A stretch of DNA of 45,261 bases. Source: Octopus bimaculoides (Eukaryota). Shown piece after piece: positions 1 to 11,589 of this stretch (position 1 is its first letter; the number at the start of each line of letters is the position of its first letter). Under the pieces are notes generated by a model. It was not told the origin of the DNA and did no database searches. It was given only the letters and a program-made list of their open reading frames with translations. The stretch covers positions 136,669,383 to 136,714,643 of the forward strand of contig NC_068984.1 of NCBI RefSeq assembly GCF_001194135.2. The letters are read 5' to 3'. The translations under genes were made by a program, and so were the position numbers.

Positions 1-224
1 GTGTAAAATATGTTTGTGCGCCTGTGTTTGTCCCCCCTGCATCGCTTGACAACCGATGCTGATGTGTTTACATCTCCGTAACTTAGCTGTTCGGTAAAAG
101 TGACCGATAGAATAAGTACTAGGCTTACAAAAAATAAGGCCTGTGGTCGATTTGCTCGACTAAAGGCAGTGCTCCAGCATAGCCGCAGTCAAATGACTGA
201 AACGAGTAAAAGAGTAAAAGAGTA
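1..224 (+). mobile_element. SINE family B, 3' half (CORE-like segment plus tail ending in GTAAAAGA repeats)
   Basis: Reverse complement of 6649-6850; ends ...gctccagcatagccgcagtcaaatgactgaaacgagtaaaagagtaaaagagta. The head lies outside the window. Confidence 0.85.
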
Positions 225-1520
225 TACATCAATAATTTACAATAATTTATCTACTGAAAAGAAGCCAATAAAAACAAGGGAGATGAATGTAGTATCTCAT
301 AGTTATCCTGCTTTAACTCCGGCTCCAGCAAATCTCAATTGTGCGAACGATAATGGAACAAACAGATGAAAACAAAATTTCTATAAAATGCGATTTCAAA
401 TTCAAATTTCTAATCCCACTTCACACTGTGAGAACATAGTTGTCTCCATTGTAATAACGGCCATCAAGAAAACATCACACGTATTATGTTCATATTATCC
501 TAAAATTAGGTGCGTCTTACAAAGACTCAAATAAGTCACATGCGACCTGCAGTCCGTAGATTGCCCATGAATGGTGCTAAAGATTTTTGGCCATCTTTGG
601 TCATTGAGGATTGAGTTAAAGTTCATTTCGATTCGAAACAGCGAATTTGCGTATTGTATGTGCACATCTTCTTAACTAATGTATTTAAATCTGCCAGCAA
701 AAGCGAATTTTTAAATGAGGCATGGACAACTTCTTCTGAGAAGCGAACCACAAGAAACATGCCTTATCATCATGTGAGACGCATTACTAAAAAAAAATTC
801 ATGGTAAGTTTTCATAAGGTGTGACGTTCTGAAAGTACCGCGAGCTCCAGTTTGGCTACGACTGATTTCAATACCGGAGAAGATATTTTTACATATACAG
901 AATAAAATTCCTAATTTACTGTAAGAGATATATGATTCAAGACTTCATTAAAAAGACTTCATAATAATATATTATTTGAAGTGTCACATTAATAAAAGCC
1001 GGGACTTTTAATTCTCTTGAACCATATTCATAACAATTGAATTTGTTAATTCTCTTCGGGTCTTCTTTGAAATGCACTTAAATTTTAAAACAAACGCAGC
1101 GAGTGGATTTATGTTGATGTTTTGTTTTTCTTTTTTGTACTTCTCGTGTAGAAAAACATTGGTGCTAATATCCATACGTGTTCATCATACATAAATATTC
1201 TCATAACATCAACACTTATAATTTCAAATAGTTAAAATCAACAAACAATTTCATTGCACATATGTGTGTATATATGTCCGTGTGCATATTACGAGGGTGT
1301 AGAAGCGGGGGGATGTTCTTAACAGAATTCAAGACGATTGGATTGTAATAAAGTGACAAGGCTACATTCTGTTATATTATGCATTTCTACAAAACAATAC
1401 ATTATCATTTGTTTACATATTGACACTTATATTATTATAGCCACTTCAATATATGCATGTTATACGTGTATATAGAGTGTATATACAGATGTATATAAGG
1501 ATATATATATCCATATATAT

Positions 1521-2025
1521 NNNNNNNNNNNNNNNNNNNNNNNNNNNNNNNNNNNNNNNNNNNNNNNNNNNNNNNNNNNNNNNNNNNNNNNNNNNNNNNN
1601 NNNNNNNNNNNNNNNNNNNNNNNNNNNNNNNNNNNNNNNNNNNNNNNNNNNNNNNNNNNNNNNNNNNNNNNNNNNNNNNNNNNNNNNNNNNNNNNNNNNN
1701 NNNNNNNNNNNNNNNNNNNNNNNNNNNNNNNNNNNNNNNNNNNNNNNNNNNNNNNNNNNNNNNNNNNNNNNNNNNNNNNNNNNNNNNNNNNNNNNNNNNN
1801 NNNNNNNNNNNNNNNNNNNNNNNNNNNNNNNNNNNNNNNNNNNNNNNNNNNNNNNNNNNNNNNNNNNNNNNNNNNNNNNNNNNNNNNNNNNNNNNNNNNN
1901 NNNNNNNNNNNNNNNNNNNNNNNNNNNNNNNNNNNNNNNNNNNNNNNNNNNNNNNNNNNNNNNNNNNNNNNNNNNNNNNNNNNNNNNNNNNNNNNNNNNN
2001 NNNNNNNNNNNNNNNNNNNNNNNNN
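1521..2025. other. Assembly gap (N-run) flanked by (TA)n and (TG)n/(TATG)n
   Basis: N-run seen directly. Other N-runs: 2808-3123, 3901-4153, 6859-6868, 11596-12376, 15373-15472, 16615-16997, 22538-23356, 25671-25718, 27711-28196, 30294-30355, 32844-32910, 33185-33333, 35583-36366, 40714-40723. Most abut microsatellites. Confidence 0.99.
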
Positions 2026-2065
<40 letters not shown>

Positions 2066-2501
2066 TGTGCGTGTATGTATGTATGTATGTATGTATGTAA
2101 GAGGAAAATGGATTCCTTGTATGCTGAAGATAAACGCCAAATCGTCCTATCACGAAAAATGTGTTCTGAAATTCGCAGTACTCTAGATTTTTGCATGTTT
2201 GCAAGCAAGAAAAATGAAAGGAAAATAAAAAAGCAATTAATTCCATATCTCGAAGTTTCGCCATAAATAATTAAGGAATTATCCGTGGCTCCTCAGTGCT
2301 CAATTCTATTCACTGCGGTTCTTTTCTGGCTTGGTGCGCTAGTTGAAGACATTTGAAATCGGAATTGCGATGTATAATAGTGGAACTCTATACGCATGTG
2401 TCCTCTCACGCAGATGATTGGTATCTAGTCCGATTATTATGTGTCGGCAGCGATTCCAAATGGATAATTCCTTAATTATTTATAGTGAAACTTCGAAGTA
2501 T

Positions 2502-2716
2502 GGCTTATGGACCCGATTTCCTGGTTTCTATGGCGTATGTGTTCCCTCCAGCTGGACGGGACGCCTGTCCATCACAGCGTTACTCAAGAAAGAGGAAGAA
2601 AGAGTGAGAGAAAGTTGGGGTGAAAGAGTACAACAGGGATCGCCACCACCCCCTGCCGGAGCACCGTGGAACTTTTAGGTGTTTTTGCTCAATAAACACT
2701 CACAGCGCCCGGTCTG
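2502..2716 (-). mobile_element. SINE family C body with alternative tail B, head truncated
   Basis: 2590-2716 matches the family C body at 9985-10100; 2502-2590 matches the tail at 20595-20700. Confidence 0.75.
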
Positions 2717-4619
2717 TGTAACTGTGTAACTCGAACCTCCAACTCCTCACAATGCAAACATACAAACACACACACACACACACACACACAAACATATATA
2801 TATATATNNNNNNNNNNNNNNNNNNNNNNNNNNNNNNNNNNNNNNNNNNNNNNNNNNNNNNNNNNNNNNNNNNNNNNNNNNNNNNNNNNNNNNNNNNNNN
2901 NNNNNNNNNNNNNNNNNNNNNNNNNNNNNNNNNNNNNNNNNNNNNNNNNNNNNNNNNNNNNNNNNNNNNNNNNNNNNNNNNNNNNNNNNNNNNNNNNNNN
3001 NNNNNNNNNNNNNNNNNNNNNNNNNNNNNNNNNNNNNNNNNNNNNNNNNNNNNNNNNNNNNNNNNNNNNNNNNNNNNNNNNNNNNNNNNNNNNNNNNNNN
3101 NNNNNNNNNNNNNNNNNNNNNNNTATATATGAGAAGATTTTTTTTTTAGAAACAAACTTTAAAGCACCGAGTGAGGTGGTGCTTTACAGAAAATAGAAGG
3201 AACCTCGAACGCAGGTGAATACACCTTAGAAGATCGAGTAAATACCTTTAGAGGACGGATAAAATGTGACCAGACCAGCAAGAGGTTCGCCTTTCTGTAG
3301 CGCTTTGCTAGATACGTATACTGCTTACAGTATAAGAATTTACCTACCATTATTACATTTGTGGAGGAAGAAATCGCACCGAACGGCGCTCAGCTGCACA
3401 CACAACAATTAACATGAATTCTATGGCAAATAAGAACCTAAATTTTTCAGGCTTTCCTACTTCGTTACAAGTTATATCCAAAACATTATCCACGACACAA
3501 TGGAAACGGTCTCATTATATCTAATAATAATCTTCCCTTAAGGGTAATTTTAAGAGTAATTTTAAGAATCAACTAATATTTTTTTCTAATGTGGACAATT
3601 ATCATACAATGCTTTCTTCAGTTTAATCAATGCTGCGAGTTTAGATGCGTTCATAACAAAGCGTTGTTTTGAATTCCTTAGAAGTTTTAATGTATTCTTA
3701 ATCGGGAAATATTATTCAACCTTGAAGGTTGGATTGCCATATATGTTTAACCTTATGAATAATATCGAACCAGCCAGATACTTATGCAGGGAACACTGCA
3801 TGTTTTTGCATACAAAATATGAAGGTAAAGTATGAAAGCGGGATCATATATATGTATATATATTTATATAAACACACACGCACATATACATACATATATA
3901 NNNNNNNNNNNNNNNNNNNNNNNNNNNNNNNNNNNNNNNNNNNNNNNNNNNNNNNNNNNNNNNNNNNNNNNNNNNNNNNNNNNNNNNNNNNNNNNNNNNN
4001 NNNNNNNNNNNNNNNNNNNNNNNNNNNNNNNNNNNNNNNNNNNNNNNNNNNNNNNNNNNNNNNNNNNNNNNNNNNNNNNNNNNNNNNNNNNNNNNNNNNN
4101 NNNNNNNNNNNNNNNNNNNNNNNNNNNNNNNNNNNNNNNNNNNNNNNNNNNNNTATATATATATATATATATATATACACGCATGTTTGTATATATTCAT
4201 ATATTCATTTAAATCGTTTTATTTTAGAATCGGAATAGGAAAATAAAGCGAAAACAAAGAAAAAACAGAAATCGGATTATAAGTTTATAAGATTAAATAG
4301 GATTACTATAAGATTATTGTATTAAGAGGATTTTCTGATTACGTCTCGAGATATTTGGTTTACATATGTGATCTATCATAAATATTTGGTGTTAAGGAAC
4401 AACATGTTTTGGTTATTATATAGAAATAAGAGTGCGAAGGGTGTAAGCGCTTGCTTTAAACATGGAGTATTTCAAAGCCAGAATTCTATTCTTAGATAAA
4501 CCAATTTATTAGCACTTAAGCAGCTGCTCTTTCTAGGAAGGAATTGTCCTAAAGTTTTAATTATTATTTCTCTATTCTCTATTTCATCAGGAATATGAAA
4601 TGCAAAATGGCTTTCAAGT

Positions 4620-4743
4620 TTTGGTACAAGACCACTAATTTCAAGGGAGAGGTTTAGTCGATTACATCGACCCCAGAGCTTGACTGGTGCTGTTTTGTTT
4701 TTTTTTATCGATCCGAAAGGCTGAAAGGCAGAGTCGACCTCGG
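4620..4743 (-). mobile_element. SINE family A (CORE-like) fragment
   Basis: agtcgattacatcgacccc...atcgatccgaaaggctgaaaggcagagtcgacctcgg matches other family A copies. Confidence 0.75.
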
Positions 4744-4760
4744 TGATGAGGACGATGATG

Positions 4761-4792
<32 letters not shown>

Positions 4793-4880
4793 GATGATGA
4801 TGATGGTAGTGATGATGATGTTGGTGGTGGTGGTGGTGGTGGTGGTGGTGATGATGAGGATGACGATGATGATGACGATC

Positions 4881-4919
<39 letters not shown>

Positions 4920-4969
4920 GTGATGATGATGGTGGTGGTGGTGGTGGTGGTGGTGGTGGTGATGAGGAC

Positions 4970-5001
<32 letters not shown>

Positions 5002-5235
5002 CGACGACGATGTGGAGGAGGAGGAGGAGGAGGAGGGGGAGACAGAAAAGAAGCACGGTGACAATGATAACGATGATGAAGCTGACGTCAATTACGACGA
5101 CGTTAATGAGGGTAATGATGATAATGATAATGATGGATAACAATGATGATGATGATGATGATGATGATGACGAGGACGACGACGACGACGACGACGATGA
5201 TGACGTCAGCAACAACGACGACGACGACGATGACA
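4744..5235. repeat. Compound (GAT)n/(GGT)n/(GAC)n/(GGA)n microsatellite
   Basis: Seen directly; explains ORFs 4472-5314, 4743-5240 and 4879-5091. Confidence 0.97.
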
Positions 5236-5239
5236 CATA

Positions 5240-7560
5240 AGGGAATACAGGGAATTGCGGAAATAAGCTAAAGCAGGAAAACGAAAGAGAAGTTACTGAT
5301 CGAATAATGGTCAAGAGAAGGAACGATTAGAGGCACAGAAACGTTGCCGAAAAGGGAGCAGAAAATACCAAAAAAAAAAAAATAATAATAAGATTCTTGA
5401 TCGATAAGATGGGTTTGGGAAAATACAGAGAAGGCAATGACAGATTCGTACATCGAGGGGACCATTTATGAAAAGGTCTTGACTTTGATCGTCACTTATG
5501 GGTGAAGCTTTGTCTAGAACCGTTCAAGATCTGTAGGCATCGTTAAGTAAATGCGATGCGACATTAAACGGGAGAGTTACCATCAAGCGATATACGATTA
5601 GAAGTGCAACTTGGGAGGGAAGCTTAGCTTTCAAGAGGACGCGCTCATTCGTATCTTGTTTGTAATAGCACTGATTTTCTTGTCGATTATTCTAAAAATA
5701 CTTAAAGAAGTATATTCACTGGGGAAGAAAAGGGGAAAAGTGGATCATATTCTTTTCATGGACGATTTAATGCTTTATGGCAAAGACAAGAATCAACTGT
5801 GAACCGTACGAATATTTAATATTGCCATTAATATAACATTCAGTATCTGGCGATGTGCTATGATAGAGATGAAAGGTGGAAAATCATAAAAACTGCTGAA
5901 ATGGATCTACCTGATTATGAGAAGATAACATCCTTAACTGAAGAAGAAGCATAAAAGTATTTTGAAGCACTGGAACGTGATAAAACTAAGGTAATAAATA
6001 AAAGAAGTCCTCAGTTTCGTAGAATCAAGGTTTTGAAATTCAAATTGAATGCAGGAAATGTCATACAAGCAATCAATTTGCAGGCAATATCACTAATAAT
6101 GTATGGGGTAGGAATCGTTGAGTAAAGAAAGGATGAATTAAAGTATATTCTCAGAAAGAGAAGATGCAGCTCATAATGCACAGACGCCTGTTCTTCCAAT
6201 CGAATGTGGACTATTTCTAATGGAAAAGAATAAAAGGAAGTTGAGTGTTAACGAGTGTTGAAGATGTTGTAGAATTTAAAGAAGCGCAAGGTTACATCTG
6301 AAAGAAAAGATTTTTCTTAATGAGATGAGTAGGGAATGGTTATTCACAGAGTTAGTGGAGCCCATATTGAAAGTTAAAGAAAATAGGAAAATTTAGAAAA
6401 GAAAAAAAGAAAATCAAATGTTTTGAAGGAAAGGAGCACCATTAAATTTTGTTCAACAACACAAAAGATGAAATGGATGAGAAGGGGCATCCTGCTTTGG
6501 TAAAAGAAATGAGTCTTGAAGAAAGAGGCCGCTCTAAGGCGGATGGTGGGATTGAATCAAAACAATACAAGGTATTCTTCACCCGAATGTAACATGTGCT
6601 ACGGAAACTAAGGGATCTGTAACTCATATGGAATCGAAATACCTAAAGTTTACTCTTTTACTTGTTTCAGTCATTTGACTGTGGCCATGCTGGAGCACCG
6701 CCTTTAGTCGAGCAAATCGACCCCAGGACTTATTCTTTGTAAGCCTAGTACTTATTCTATCGGTCTCTTTTGCCGAACCGCTATATTACGGGGACGTAAA
6801 CACACCAGCATCGGTTGTCAAGCGATGGTGGGGGAACAAACACAAACACACATACATANNNNNNNNNNTATATATAATCATATATACGACGGGCTTTTTT
6901 CAGTTTCCGTCTACCAAATCCACTCACAAGGCTTTGGTCGGCCCGAGGCTATAGTAGAAGACACTTGCCCAAGGTACCATGCAGTGGGACTGAACCCGGA
7001 ACCATGTGGTTGGTAAGCAAGCTACTTACCACACAGCCACTCCTTGCTCAGAAATAGTGCAAAAGGTTAAGACATCATAAAACTGCTGCTACAATTCGCT
7101 GGATTTATAGGAAGAGGTTCGGTTTTGTTCGCACAAAGAAATTGATAGGACCATTTTCTGGAAACGAATTGTAAATCCTTGAAAACAATGAAATGTGGTC
7201 GTCATGGGTTTTTCCCATACTCAACAAATGCAGTATAGGACATGACAAGGTGGATATTGAGGTTGTTGGTATGAAGATTGTGTGTCTTATACCAATTTGA
7301 TACCGGAATCAAGGCAAAGCGAAAGTAAGGTATTTAACCGTCGTCGAGTATGATTTACTCAAATGCTGGAATAAAGTTAACAAATTAATGAGTCTGTCAA
7401 TTATCATTGGTGTATTGGATATGTGACAGAAAAAAATTGAGAGTAAACATTTGAAAACGATATCTTAATCTGAAATCTAGTGCAATGAAGAAAACCTGTT
7501 TACTTGCATCAGTGCGAATTATTTAGAAAGTTCTCGATACAATGAAAGGACAAAAATAAG
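5240..7560 (+). mobile_element. Decayed R4/Dong-clade non-LTR retrotransposon: RT, CCHC knuckle and restriction-like endonuclease, interrupted by a SINE
   Basis: Translated by eye across stops and frameshifts: EAQKRCRKGSR (~5330), FQED (5629-5640), VDHILFMDDLMLYGKD (FMDD at 5755-5766), KFKLNAGNVIQAIN, SPECNMC...TH knuckle (~6580-6630), AQK*...RHHK after the SINE, IIIGVLD, KKTCLLASVRII*KVL (~7490-7540). Confidence 0.85.
6649..7044 (-). mobile_element. Near full-length SINE family B (tRNA-like head, internal microsatellite, tail) nested in the R4-type LINE
   Basis: On the minus strand: A-box-like gtggctgtgtgg, B-box-like ggttcagtccc, internal TA/TG tract with a 10-N gap, and tail. The LINE frame resumes across it (...YLK|LAQK). 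Confidence 0.9.
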
Positions 7561-8744
7561 CAGCATAGAGAGACCTTAAATGAAAGGAAAGGAGAAACTT
7601 TCCCATGTAGGACCACAAATAGTGGTCTGATAGCAAGTATAACTGGTTACATTATCAATACCACGTTACAACAGATCAATTAAAATAAAATGATAAAAGC
7701 TTTAGCATATAATGCTAAAATATGATATACAAAAGGCCAAGGAACATATACAGAAGCGGGAGACAAAAGCATAATACAACAAGAAAACAGATTTAAATTT
7801 TAAGATTAATGTATATAAACAAATAAAAGTACATATCGATAAACTGTAAATATCCACAAGAAAGGATCAGCGCATCCTACGACTCCTGTCGTCTTTAGTC
7901 CCGTACATCCTTGTCTCTCGATTGCAATCCTATAGATAGGGTTACCGTATCCCTAACTTTTTTCCTCCTCTGAACAGAAGCGTCATAAGTAGGTTTTTGT
8001 TCCCTCCCCTCTTGCAAATGTGTTTTTGGACCTGTGCTGCCAGTATCCTGAATCTGTAGTTTGGTGCGTGTGCGATGACCACATAATCTTTGAGTGGTCA
8101 AAAATAATTGGGGTTCTGAGCAGGTCGCATCCGACCAAATGATGTGGCACTTCCCTGCTCACCATGACAATATGCCTAAGGTACAATAGTCTTAATGTCT
8201 GTTGCCATGCTCCCCGTGTTTCTAGTGGGGCACCCAGCAGGGGACATGCGTTTAACTGTGATTACTTCCTCATCTCGTCCTCAGTCTTAAACACCAGACA
8301 TGCGCTTCTAATGCCCATTTTCAGCTGTTGGAAGGCACATTTTGTCACACGTTTGCCAGAAATTCTGTTTGTTCCATGTTTCGAAGACATGTGTAAGCTC
8401 TCCTTATAGCTTGAAAAACACAGGTATGTTACAAGCAAGAAAGAAGACTTACAGCAATTCAGCTGCAGATCAGATTAAAGAATTAAATTCCAAAATGATA
8501 ACGAAGACTATAGCATTAAAAAAAAAATCAATACAGAACCGCGAAAAACAAATATACGTTTGTCCTCACACTTAACAAAGGACACTAAAATACACACGAT
8601 AAAAGATGAAGTAGTTAACATCATGGACGATCTAGAACATTAGAGTACAGCCACTCATCATACGCAAGCAAGTACGGTTTGGAAGCATATACCAAGATAA
8701 GGGGCTTGTGTAGTTACAAACAGACACAGTTACTCTCTCAGCCT

Positions 8745-8874
8745 CTTACAGTTGATTAGGCTGAAGCAGCATGATATGAAGTGCTTTGCTTAAAGCCACA
8801 ACGAGCTTGCAGTCCAAGAATTGAACCCACAACCACGGATCGTGAGCCAAACGCATTTACACTCGACTATGCAT
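8745..8874 (-). mobile_element. Decayed tRNA-derived SINE head (family D)
   Basis: Minus strand: tagtcgagtgt...gggttcaattc followed by taagcaaagcacttcatatcatgctgcttcag. Confidence 0.5.
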
Positions 8875-9039
8875 CTTTCCTAAGGACGTCATAACTGAAA
8901 CCATGAATGGTGTAGAAAGAGAAAACAAAATCAATGCACGTGGATCAACGTAATTGTGTTCCCACACGGGTGACTAATTCTACGATGTTGAAAGAGGGTA
9001 GAACATGAAATTCTGGCAAAGAAAATAAACTATGCAAGC

Positions 9040-10400
9040 GCCATCAGAAAGAATGTTCAAATCTATTCAGTAGCAGTGGCAGTACTGAAGGAAATTGTGT
9101 TTGGCCCGAATTAACTCAGGTCTTACTTGACCAAATCTTAAAAGTAAAAGAAAGAAAATATGTTGCGTAGAACTAGGGTAGGGGTAATAGAGAAAAACCT
9201 GTTTTTACCTTGCGAAATGAAAGAAGGGATCCATACAAAAGAATGATATCATGTAAAGGGGGGAAAAGCGTACAGTAATAAAAATAAAGAACAGACTGAA
9301 GCAAATCATATCAGCAAAAACGTATAGGATAAGACTCTCTGGAAAACGTGACGCCATCTTCCAATGGGAAAAATTTATTTGAATTGAATAACAAAAGATT
9401 TTACGGGGAAATTAACAAAGAATATTACTCTGAGGGACACTCCAGCAGAATATGAAGCATACTGGATTGGAAAAGGGAACAAAAGCATTTAACATTGTAA
9501 AGCATATTTCACAATGGATCAAAAAGAAACAGGTAAAAATATAGTAGCATAGCAAACATGGACGAAAAGAAAGTCATCAACATATTAAGAACGGCAAGCA
9601 TTTGGAAATCCCTTGGGTTTAACACGATTTCAAATATCTGGTTGAAGTATTTGATTAATACTCGTGGATATGTGGTAGCAGGGTTCAATAAACTGATGAG
9701 CAGATGAAAGCTGTTACCTGAATGAAAGCTTGAAAGGAAAACAACGTAATTTTTTTTTAAACAAAATACCAGAGACACCCAAAACTACTGGTCTATGACT
9801 TATTTACCAACAATATACAAAGCGTTTACATCAATATTCTGGTTGGCACTCCGTCGGTTGCGACAACGAGGGTTCCAGTTGATCCGATCAACGGAACAGC
9901 CTGCTCGTGAAATTAACGTGCAAGTGGCTGAGCACTCCACAGACAAGGTTGGCCCTTTTGAAATACAGGTACAAGAGAAACAGGAAGAAAGTGAGAGAAA
10001 GTTGTGGTGAAAGAGTACAGCAGGGTTCGCTACCACCCCCTGCTGGAGCCTCGTGGAACTTTAGGTGTTTTCACTCGATAAACACTCACAACGCCCGGTC
10101 TGGGAATCGAAACCGCGATCCTCCGACCGCGAGTCCACTGCCCTAACCACTGTGTAATTGCGCATCCGCATCACTATTCTACATCGAATAATACGTCCGT
10201 AATCTACAGGTTGGTTACTCAGATGGAGAAAAAGAGGAGAAAAAAGGAGCTGGGAAAGGATAAATTATTGTAAAGAACGACTGCTTGCGAACGGGGTTAT
10301 TATAGAAGACAACAAAAAGCGGGAAAGAAACCATTGCATGGTAAGGATTGATTGCTGGAAACCATCTAACAGTACTCGGAGAAAATATATAAAACTAAAG
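9040..10400 (+). mobile_element. Second decayed R4/Dong-clade non-LTR fragment (N-terminal region to early RT), interrupted by a SINE
   Basis: IYSVAVAVLKEI (~9061), LFELNNKRFYGEINK, TASIWKSLG...IWLKYL, QNYWSMTYLPTIYKAFTSI (~9780-9840), and after the SINE YCKERLLANGVIIEDNKKRERNHCMVRIDCWK. May extend upstream to ~8400. Confidence 0.75.
9841..10168 (-). mobile_element. Full-length SINE family C with tail A and 12-bp target-site duplication
   Basis: Reverse complement of 44473-44851. Flanks catcaatattct (9829-9840) and catcactattct (10169-10180), one mismatch. Confidence 0.9.
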
Positions 10401-10572
10401 TTTCAACGCTATTAAGGTGGCCTGTCAAAGGGGCCGTGGCCAGTCTTTGAAGCATAGCTATGGCCTGCTCATAGCCGAAATTTATCTCCGGAGGGAAGGC
10501 ACCAAAATTTCAATAATAGTGTTTTTCTAAAACTTTTTTTATTTCTTCTTAAGCCCTTCACTCTCTATAGAG

Positions 10573-10761
10573 CAATGCTCCGCTACCGGTATGCCGCGGT
10601 GCATTGGTATGTCACGAGACGATTCTAGGTGTGCCGCAGTGTGGCCTGAATATAATTTTTTCTCCTATACTTTTAGTTATATTTTCAGTTCAGGTGTGCC
10701 GCTGAATTTTGAAAAGAATATAAGTGTACCGTAAGTAAAAAATAATGGTAGCGGAGCACTA
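10573..10761. mobile_element. hAT-type MITE, 189 bp, 15-bp TIRs, 8-bp TSD
   Basis: TSD ctatagag at 10565-10572 and 10762-10769; TIRs caatgctccgctacc / ggtagcggagcacta (13/15); subterminal gtgtgccg motifs. Confidence 0.85.
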
Positions 10762-11319
10762 CTATAGAGCATAGGCCATCGGCGAATTTCCTCAACTTTT
10801 CTCGATTCTGCGATATCTTTTCTTCTTATCCCCCGTTGGATCCATACTTTTCAGCCTCTCTTCCACCTCTCTAGCGGGTTCCATCCCCACTTGCATTTCA
10901 GGTATATGTTTCCCTGAAGAAAGGCCTTTCTTTCAAGATCTTATTGGTTTTGTTATTGCTATCGATTCTTCCGCAACTTTGATTATTTATTTTCTTTCTT
11001 TAGGCAGGTATGTTGGCCCTAAGCAAACCTATTTTTATCCCTGAGGAGAGGTGTGAATCTATATTTGGCTGGTTTCTAACCTTTGGCCAGTCCAGTAGGA
11101 GAGATCACACGATGAATTTGTGCTCCGCTCGTACACTTTTCAGGTATTATTAAGGCAATCAAGCCACCTCACTGCGGCTAGCAATAGATCTTGAGGTAAA
11201 CCAACTGACCGTACCTAAATTCGTCATGAAAATCCAGTTATGGAAGTTGAACATTGAATTAATTCTCAAATAAGTACCTCTTTCTGGCTTATGTGATTCG
11301 ACTATATAAATGTGTGTAA

Positions 11320-11535
11320 GGCGGCGAGTTGGTAGAAACGTGAGCAAGCCGGGCGAAATGCTTAGCGGTATTTCGTCTGCCGTTACGTTCTGAGTTCAAA
11401 TTCAGCTGAGGCTGACTTTGCTTTTCATCCTTTCGGGGTTGATAAATTAAATATCAGTTATATACTGGGGTCGATCTAATCGACTCGCCCCCGCTCCCCC
11501 AAAATTTCGGGCCTTGTGCCTAGAGTAGAAAAGTA
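11320..11535 (+). mobile_element. Full-length SINE family A (tRNA-derived head, CORE-like domain, tail 1)
   Basis: ggcggcgagttggtagaaacg...gagttcaaattc...ctttcatcctttcggggttgataaattaa...ggccttgtgcctagagtagaaaag. Resembles the octopus OR1/OR2 CORE-SINEs from memory; not verified. Confidence 0.85.
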
Positions 11536-11551
11536 TATAAATGTGTGTGTG

Positions 11552-11589
<38 letters not shown>

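Noticed and set aside
100-369. 89-aa ORF
   Set aside because: Starts inside a SINE tail; no recognisable domain.
3160-3186. 9-bp hairpin taaagcacc/ggtgcttta
   Set aside because: Isolated short inverted repeat, expected by chance at this window size.
1435-4238. Long ORFs containing X-runs (also 11447-12543, 16493-17115, 22459-23541, 27524-28219, 35445-36532)
   Set aside because: They are open only because N-runs contain no stop codons; flanks are YI/HT/CV dinucleotide-repeat translations.
9690-9725. CTGATGA...GAAA inside the R4-type fragment
   Set aside because: No stem II or stem I pairing; chance match in coding-derived DNA.
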